Assembly: GCF_000010625.1 (NCBI RefSeq)
Contig: NC_010296.1
Span: forward strand, 330,001-362,000
DNA from: Microcystis aeruginosa NIES-843
GTDB taxonomy: Bacteria > Cyanobacteriota > Cyanobacteriia > Cyanobacteriales > Microcystaceae
DNA: 32,000 bases
Direction of reading: 5' to 3'
Shown here: in pieces, positions 1-5,427 of the stretch
Numbering within the stretch: position 1 is the first letter of the stretch
How the letters are laid out: every line of letters begins with the position of its first letter
Made by a program: the position numbers and the translations under genes
The notes under the pieces: generated by a model
The model's database searches: none
The model's input: only the letters and a program-made list of their open reading frames with translations
Told to the model about the DNA's origin: nothing

Positions 1-48
1 CCCAACAAAAAGATTCAGACGGACTTAGGTGTTGGTTGTTGGGTTTCG
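1..48. repeat. REP-like hairpin repeat unit, cut by the window edge
   Basis: cccaacaaaaagattcagacgga...ttgttgggtttcg. Full copies have a 12-bp stem (gaaacccaacaa / ttgttgggtttc) around a ~27-nt loop. Copies recur at about 763-810, 4227-4274, 4397-4444, 5222-5268 and 5318-5365. Confidence 0.8.
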
Positions 49-212
49 TTCCGATGACCCAACCTAGGAAAGGATGCGATCGCTTTTCGTTCTCTAAAAC
101 AGTGATCGCACCAAGATGACAAGCACTGTAGCATAACCCACCGAATATTATAAAATTGGTGGTGCGTTACATTTCATGCTTGGCGAAATCCGGCAAAATA
201 AGCTTTAACCTC

Positions 213-449
213 ATGCCAGAAATTTTCAGACTGGAAGGCTATGTTTTCTTTTTCTATGCCAATGAAGGCAATGAACCCATGCACGTTCACGTTCGACGGG
301 GCGGCGGATATGCTAAATTTTGGCTAGAGCCGCTAGAATTGGATTATGCTAAAGGTCTAAAAACCAAAGAAATTGTTCGGGCTGAAGTTATCATTACAGA
401 AAATATAGAAATAATACGGAGGAAATGGCACGATGTATTTGGTACATGA
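213..449 (+). CDS. DUF4160-family small protein, first gene of a DUF4160/DUF2442 pair
   Basis: The track ORF 156-449 starts at TTG. The internal ATG at 213 gives MPEIFRLEGYVFFFYANEGNEPMHVHVRRGGGYAKFWLEP, the typical DUF4160 N-terminus with the xHxH motif. Confidence 0.7.
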   Translation: MPEIFRLEGYVFFFYANEGNEPMHVHVRRGGGYAKFWLEPLELDYAKGLKTKEIVRAEVIITENIEIIRRKWHDVFGT

Positions 450-681
450 AAGCATAGTAAAAGCTCAAAAAGTTTGGGTTGAAGATAAATGGATTTGTAT
501 TCGTTTAGAAGACGATAGAGAAATTCGTTTTCCTGCTTATAAAAATAAACGCTTATCAAAAGCAACCTTTGAACAATTAGCAGAGGTTGAGTTAATTTGT
601 GATGGCACGGGATTACATTGGGAAACCTTAGATGAGGATTTGTCCATCATTGGCATTTTAGAAGGAAGATTGGGTGCTTAA
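433..681 (+). CDS. DUF2442-family small protein, partner of DUF4160
   Basis: It overlaps the upstream gene by 17 nt. The pattern ...IRLEDDREIRFP...FEQLAEVELICDGTGLHWETLDEDLSI resembles the DUF2442 consensus (DGR..fP, G.g.hW..lDeDis). Confidence 0.7.
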   Translation: MYLVHESIVKAQKVWVEDKWICIRLEDDREIRFPAYKNKRLSKATFEQLAEVELICDGTGLHWETLDEDLSIIGILEGRLGA

Positions 682-699
682 ATGTTAAATGCTTAAAAA

Positions 700-845
700 A
701 AATCGGCTCTACCGAACCTAGTAATCATAGCAATTACCGTCGGTTGGGTTGACGTAAAAAAACCCAACAAAAAGATTCAGACGGACTTAGGTGTTGGGTG
801 TTGGGTTTCGCTTTCCCTGAGAATTGAGAGATTTTCTTTAACCTA
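700..845. repeat. Composite junction repeat module, copy lacking the TPR-tail part and interrupted at its 3' end by a MITE
   Basis: gtaatcatagcaattaccgtcggttgggttgac + hairpin unit + ctttccctgagaattgagagattttctttaac matches 4185-4305 and 5180-5400. The remainder of the module (tttattcgctcaacccaagctacg) resumes at 2379-2402. Confidence 0.8.
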
Positions 846-910
846 AGTAGCTGGTTATAATTAAATTAAAAATGGATTTTAGGTTCGATCCCCCCTGCCC
901 CCCTTGATAA

Positions 911-2334
911 GGGTAGGGCTGTTTCATTTAAATTAATTACAGCTGATTTTGAGTCAATAAATTTGACCGAAGATTCTCAAGTTTATCTTTTTCTAATCAA
1001 AAGAGTTAGTCACAATAACTAATCTTTAATCTTCTGCCAATATTTATTATGAATAAATTGATAAAGCCTGTTCCCAAGCCACTAAAAGCCTATCTCTCTT
1101 GAAATTGTCTGAGAGTACATCCTGTTAATTTAGCTAATTTTTCTGCTTCTTACGTCGATAAAACTATCAATTTTTCCCAACGTTCAGCTAACCACCTCTG
1201 TCCCTCTGTTATTGAGAGAAAACCCAAACCTCTGAAAAGATTCAATCCTATAGTTGTGAGAATTGACCAATTGCTGGCCGCTTGAAAATCACTTATCTCG
1301 CTTTTATCTTCCTCAAAAATTACATCTTTTACCCAATGTAACTGATTTTCTATTTTCCAATGTCCTCGAATAATTTTAGCAAATACTTGAGCGGATTCGG
1401 TTAGGCTACTGATATAGTAAGCTGTTTCTTCATAGGTTTTATCCCCGCGACTACCCTTTCTTTCTACTTTAATAACTCTTCGCAGATTTTCAAACCCTTG
1501 TCTTTCATTTTTTCTCACTTTAAAAACTTCTATTTTTCTTGATATTTTTCGTCCATGACTATTATCTTGTTCAAGAAAGCAACTTTCTGGCTTTGAGGAA
1601 TTACTCAGGTCTTGTATTCGCTTATAAAGATTTTTCTGATTTCCTTTAACGGTGATAACATAATCATTTTTAGTCTTGGCTATTAAGCTGATTGTTTTTT
1701 TCTGACAGTGTAAAGCATCGCCAGTAAAAACTTTATTTTGGAGAGAGCAATCCTCAATTATAGCTTGCCCTTCGTCGATTTCAGACCCTTTTTTGTTTTC
1801 CATTCTTTTTAAGTGTAATACTAATCCACTTTCTTGACTAAACAATGAGACAAACATGATAAAATTTTGTTGTTCATTATTAGGATTCTTTAGGGTGTTT
1901 TTGAGACTTTTTCCATCCATACCTAGCCAATTTATATCATCTCTTTGTCCATATTCTTCTAATGCCCATTCATTAAACATTTTTAACAAACTCTGCCAGT
2001 CAACTCCCATCATTACCCTTCTAATTGTTGAATAGGATGGGACTCTTTCTGGAATTATGTTAAATTCTTTACTGAGCCTGTGCCGATTATTTTTAGCAAA
2101 CTCTCCTAGTTCTCTATAACCTGAGTATCCTAGCATTGTTCCCAGTATTATTACTACTAATACTATCCATAAAGGGTGTCTTTTTCCTTTATCTTTCCTA
2201 AAGTCCTTGACTTGTTTCAGTTTTTCTATTAAGCTCAACATATATTTTAAAGGTTGGCGGTCACTCCTCATTTTACCTGATAGTGATCGCTTTTACTTTT
2301 GATATTCTGATGGGAGAATGAAACAGCCCTACCC
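911..2334 (-). mobile_element. ISAs1-family insertion sequence
   Basis: Terminal inverted repeats are gggtagggctgtttcatt (911-928) and aatgaaacagccctaccc (2317-2334). A single transposase ORF lies inside. The flanking direct duplication is ttgataa (7 bp), or cccttgataaggg (13 bp) if the IR is 3 bp shorter. The two boundaries cannot be distinguished from the sequence. Confidence 0.75.
1150..2271 (-). CDS. ISAs1-family DDE transposase
   Basis: 373 aa. Motifs are LGMDGKSL, FTGDALHCQKK and RGHWKIENQLHWVKDVIFEEDKS, plus the N-terminal DFR...RHPL 'DDE_Tnp_1-associated' pattern. Confidence 0.9.
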   Translation of the reverse strand: MRSDRQPLKYMLSLIEKLKQVKDFRKDKGKRHPLWIVLVVIILGTMLGYSGYRELGEFAKNNRHRLSKEFNIIPERVPSYSTIRRVMMGVDWQSLLKMFNEWALEEYGQRDDINWLGMDGKSLKNTLKNPNNEQQNFIMFVSLFSQESGLVLHLKRMENKKGSEIDEGQAIIEDCSLQNKVFTGDALHCQKKTISLIAKTKNDYVITVKGNQKNLYKRIQDLSNSSKPESCFLEQDNSHGRKISRKIEVFKVRKNERQGFENLRRVIKVERKGSRGDKTYEETAYYISSLTESAQVFAKIIRGHWKIENQLHWVKDVIFEEDKSEISDFQAASNWSILTTIGLNLFRGLGFLSITEGQRWLAERWEKLIVLST

Positions 2335-2416
2335 TTGATAAGGGGGGTGTCTGACAACTTTTAACGCCTACCTACTTATTTATTCGCTCAACCCAAGCTA
2401 CGAAATTAGACTTTGA

Positions 2417-2758
2417 TTAAGTATTGACTGATTCTAGATGCCTTAAAATCTGTTTTCTTAAATCATCCAAATAATTTTCTACCACCTCCCAAACTGTATT
2501 AAGGTCAATTCCCCCTAAATAATCATGTACTAAAATATTCCTAAAACCAGAAATATTACGCCAGTCAACATTGGGAATATTTGCCTTTAATTCCTCCGAA
2601 AGCCTTTGAGTTGATTCTGCCAAAGTTTGTAAGCGTCTAATGATAGCATCGCTGATCATTGAATTAGCAAAAAACTCCTGTTTTCCTCCTTGGGAATAGT
2701 CCTTAATTTTATCAATACAGTCTAAAATATATTCAAGATAAACTCGATCTTCATTCAT
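2417..2758 (-). CDS. hepT: HepT (DUF86/HEPN) toxin of a MntA/HepT module
   Basis: 113 aa with the HEPN R-x4-H motif in FRNILVHDY. Its 4-nt ATGA overlaps the upstream nucleotidyltransferase gene. Confidence 0.85.
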   Translation of the reverse strand: MNEDRVYLEYILDCIDKIKDYSQGGKQEFFANSMISDAIIRRLQTLAESTQRLSEELKANIPNVDWRNISGFRNILVHDYLGGIDLNTVWEVVENYLDDLRKQILRHLESVNT

Positions 2759-3048
2759 AACTTAATTGCCTCCTTTAAGATTCGCTGTTTAATTAGATGA
2801 TGAAGGCTTTTTTCAGTTACTACATCCACTTTACACCCTAAGAGAGCCTCTAAATCAACTAATAATCCACCGGGAAACCAAGGGGATGTTTTAGCTAAAT
2901 CATAATCAATTAAAAAATCAATATCACTATTTTCGGTTTCCTCACCTCTAGCAACGGAACCAAATACACGCACATTAAAAGCACCATGTTTGGTGGCAAT
3001 TTTTAGGATATCCTCTCGTTTGTCTTGTATGAGTTGTTTTAAGGTCAT
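2755..3048 (-). CDS. mntA: MntA-type minimal nucleotidyltransferase antitoxin
   Basis: The motif FGSVARGEETENSDIDFLID is the GS-x-RG...DxD polymerase-beta-type NTase motif. The track ORF extends to 3084. The ATG at 3048 (MTLKQLIQ...) is the more conventional start. Confidence 0.85.
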   Translation of the reverse strand: MTLKQLIQDKREDILKIATKHGAFNVRVFGSVARGEETENSDIDFLIDYDLAKTSPWFPGGLLVDLEALLGCKVDVVTEKSLHHLIKQRILKEAIKL

Positions 3049-3142
3049 AAAATAACATCCATCCCGAAGGTTTTTAATGAACAATTAACAGACTAGACTA
3101 GAAAAAACTAAATACTGATAACTCACCCCCCCACTTATTGCC

Positions 3143-3283
3143 CTAATTGCTGCAAAAATTGCATCACCTTTTCATCAGTTGCCATATTATTCTGTTGGTG
3201 GAATAATATAGCTGCTTGTTATAGATCAATTTTTGCTTTTTCGGTTTGTTTTAATTTGGCATATAAAAGACCACGACTACGGA
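3143..3283 (-). repeat. ~141-bp repeat, copy A: degenerate 3' end of a TPR-protein gene
   Basis: Near-identical to 4039-4179 and 5034-5174. The minus-strand translation reads RSRGLLYAKLKQTEKAKIDL*QAAIIFRQQNNMATDEKVMQFLQQLG, with an in-frame TAA. This is the typical C-terminal tail of cyanobacterial TPR proteins. Confidence 0.75.
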
Positions 3284-3323
3284 CTTTATGAACGGTGGCT
3301 AAATAAGTAATCATTGATTTCTC
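3284..3323 (-). pseudogene. Orphan hicB 5' fragment (RBS plus the first 10 codons) fused to repeat copy A
   Basis: ctttatgaacggtggctaaataagtaatcattgatttctc is identical to 4783-4822, the start of the intact hicB (MITYLATVHK). Confidence 0.8.
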
Positions 3324-3326
3324 ATT

Positions 3327-3671
3327 TCAGGTTCGCATTAGATTATATTCTTCGCGGATTGATGAAGTTAGAGATTCCAATAAGATTAATTTTTCCTCAA
3401 TTGACAGGTTTTTTCCTTGTTTAATTAATGTTTGTAAAGGCATTTTTTTTAAATCAAATTCAGGCACAAGTAGAGCCAATTCTTGTGTTTGTTGATTTTG
3501 TAAGTCAGTAATTAATTCTTGTAAAAATAAAGAATCATTACTTAAGTCCGAAATTTCATCTTCATAGTTTTCGAGAGCTTCTATTTGTTGAATACGGTCA
3601 CTATAATTTTTGAGAAGGGATTCGAGAGCTTCGATAATAAATTGGATGTCTTTAAATGATAGAGTTTTCAT
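3327..3671 (-). CDS. Hypothetical acidic helical protein, candidate immunity/antitoxin for the upstream Tse2-like gene
   Basis: 114 aa, rich in D/E/L/Q with a predicted all-helical character. It starts 8 nt after the upstream stop (TGAGGTAAACTATG). No family was recognised. Confidence 0.4.
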   Translation of the reverse strand: MKTLSFKDIQFIIEALESLLKNYSDRIQQIEALENYEDEISDLSNDSLFLQELITDLQNQQTQELALLVPEFDLKKMPLQTLIKQGKNLSIEEKLILLESLTSSIREEYNLMRT

Positions 3672-3679
3672 AGTTTACC

Positions 3680-4027
3680 TCAACTTACACGATAAAAAAA
3701 TTCACCAATTACCCTTAAAGCGTGTTGATAGGTTTCTATTGACATGGGAAATAAGGGTTTCCATAACCAGTGATTACCTCGATCATTAATTAATTCTAGC
3801 TCACTGGGAATAGAAATTCCCCGATCTAGTTTCCACCAGTTGTTTCCTATTCCCTGAACGGAAAAGGTCGAAATTCCCCCCGGTGTTTGTCCATCGACAA
3901 GGGTTTCTTTTACCCATATTTGCCCATTATTTTCATAGATAGCAATATCTTTGTTAGGACGAACATAATCCATTCTGGGAGATGTAGCATTACCTCTACG
4001 GTATAAATCAACGGGTGTTTTTATCAT
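3680..4027 (-). CDS. Tse2-like putative ADP-ribosyltransferase toxin
   Basis: 115 aa. DLYR(10), GGIST(53-54)F and IPSE(76)LE(78)LIND...HWLWKPLFPM line up with my recollection of P. aeruginosa Tse2 (LYR, GGTSVF, IPPDLKV...HYTIMPAKPM). Together they form an R / S-T / E-x-E pattern. Confidence 0.5.
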   Translation of the reverse strand: MIKTPVDLYRRGNATSPRMDYVRPNKDIAIYENNGQIWVKETLVDGQTPGGISTFSVQGIGNNWWKLDRGISIPSELELINDRGNHWLWKPLFPMSIETYQHALRVIGEFFYRVS

Positions 4028-4038
4028 TTGTCACCTCC

Positions 4039-4505
4039 CTAATTCGCGTAAAAGTTGCATCACCTTTTCATAAGTTGCCATATTATCCTGTTGGCGGAAT
4101 ATTATAGCCGCTTGTTATAGATCAATTTTGGCTTTTTTGGTTTGTTTTAATTTGGCATATAAAAGACCACGACTACGGATTATAGTAATCATAGCAATTA
4201 TCGTCGATTGGGTTGACCCAAGGAAACCCAACAAAAAGATTCAGACGGATTTAGATTTTGGGTGTTGGGTTTCGCTTTTCCTGAGAATTGAGAGGTTTTC
4301 TTTAACATATTTATTCGCTCAACCCAACCTACGAAACTACGAAACTCTAAAGTAGGTTGGGTTGAGGCACGAAACCCAACAATACACCCAAGTAAACCCA
4401 ACAAAAAGATTCAGACGGATTTAGGTGTTGGCTGTTGGGTTTCGCTTTTCCTGAGAATTGAGAGGTTTTCTTTAACATATTTATTCGCTCAAACCAAGCT
4501 AGGGA
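4039..4505. repeat. Composite junction repeat module, copy B: TPR-tail remnant plus two hairpin units plus tails
   Basis: 4039-4179 is the TPR-tail remnant. Hairpin units lie at 4227-4274 and 4397-4444. A second hairpin type, gtaggttgggttgaggcacgaaacccaac, is at about 4343-4379. The tail cttttcctgagaattgagaggttttctttaacatatttattcgctcaa occurs twice. Confidence 0.8.
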
Positions 4506-4511
4506 CTGCAC

Positions 4512-4808
4512 CTAGTTTTTTACACACAATTCCTGATGGTTTAAAATAGCTTCTGATACCTCAATGAGCAGAAAAGCGATCGCATCTTGATGATCCGCGT
4601 CGGTTAAAATGGTTTCGAGGGTGCTAGGGGTGGGAATTTCGTCCCCATCTGCCAACATAAAGGAAATATGACCTTTTAAGGCTTCAGTTGCCATTTTTTT
4701 CGCTTCTTCGATGGTTTCTCCTGCACTAATACAACCCGGAAAGTCATAAAATTGTACCCCATAATCACTATGGTTATCTTTATGAACGGTGGCTAAATAA
4801 GTAATCAT
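4512..4808 (-). CDS. hicB: HicB-family antitoxin
   Basis: 98 aa. The sequence MITYLATVHKDNHSDYGVQFYDFPGCISAGETIEEAKKMATEAL is a typical HicB N-terminal domain. It lies downstream of hicA. Confidence 0.85.
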   Translation of the reverse strand: MITYLATVHKDNHSDYGVQFYDFPGCISAGETIEEAKKMATEALKGHISFMLADGDEIPTPSTLETILTDADHQDAIAFLLIEVSEAILNHQELCVKN

Positions 4809-4819
4809 TGATTTCTCCT

Positions 4820-5008
4820 TTATCGTAATTTAATACCGGCTTGTTTTTCGATACTGATTAGGGTTTTAAGGGGAATATCCTTTTTAGGGTGAGGAACAGT
4901 CACTTTCCCTTTTTTATGGGGATGTTTAAAATGATGATGACTTCCTGTTGTACCTACTTGATACCATCCCTCATCCTTCAGTTTTTTGATAATTTCTCGA
5001 CTTTCCAT
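4820..5008 (-). CDS. hicA: HicA-family mRNA interferase toxin
   Basis: 62 aa. The sequence IIKKLKDEGWYQVGTTGSHHHFKHPHKKGKVTVPHPKKDIPLKTL is the HicA signature. Confidence 0.9.
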   Translation of the reverse strand: MESREIIKKLKDEGWYQVGTTGSHHHFKHPHKKGKVTVPHPKKDIPLKTLISIEKQAGIKLR

Positions 5009-5033
5009 AATTGATGATTTCTATTTCACCCCC

Positions 5034-5427
5034 CTAATTGCTGCAAAAATTGCATCACTTGTTCATAAGTTGCCATATTATTCTGTTGGCGGAATATTAT
5101 GGCTGCTTGTTGTAGATCAATTTTTACTTTTTCGGATTGTCCTAATATGGCATATAAAACACCACGACTACGGATTATAGTAATCATAGCAATTATCGTC
5201 GATTGGGTTGACCCAAGGAAACCCAACAAAAAGATTCAGACGGATTTAGGTGTTGGTTGTTGGGTTTCTACCGTAGGTTGGGTTGAGGCACGAAACCCAA
5301 CAATACACCCAAGGAAACCCAACAAAAAGATTCAGACAGATTTAGGTTTTGGGTGTTGGGTTTCGCTTTTCCTGAGAATTGAGAGGTTTTCTTTAACATA
5401 TTTATTCGCTCAAACCAACCTACGGAA
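5034..5427. repeat. Composite junction repeat module, copy C
   Basis: 5034-5174 is the TPR-tail remnant, the least decayed copy (track ORF 5026-5229). Hairpin units lie at 5222-5268 and 5318-5365, with the gtaggttgggttgaggcacgaaacccaac hairpin between them. The tail runs up to the stop codon of the 1379-aa gene. Confidence 0.8.

Larger units (their letters stand above)
846..2376. mobile_element. MITE copy (same family as 24028-24164, inverted orientation) split by an IS insertion
   Basis: agtagctggttataattaaat...gatcccccctgccccccttgataaggg at 846-913 and cccttgataaggggggtgtctgacaacttttaacgcctacctact at 2332-2376 together reconstitute the reverse complement of the 24028-24164 element. TA flanks both ends (844-845 and 2377-2378). 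Confidence 0.75.

Noticed and set aside
5026-5229. 67-aa ORF ending ...LQQAAIIFRQQNNMATYEQVMQFLQQLGG, which looks like a TPR protein C-terminus
   Set aside because: Only the last ~45 residues resemble a TPR tail, and the N-terminal part is repeat-derived. The two sister copies (3143-3283 and 4039-4179) carry an in-frame TAA. I treat it as a gene remnant reused as a repeat, not a functional CDS.
1-5427. Possibility that the TA cassette array is an integron-type cassette array with attC sites
   Set aside because: There is no integrase or attI in the window. The inter-cassette repeats are 150-450 bp composites, not attC-like imperfect palindromes with R'/R'' cores. One cassette is in the opposite orientation. 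I kept it only as an analogy within a finding.
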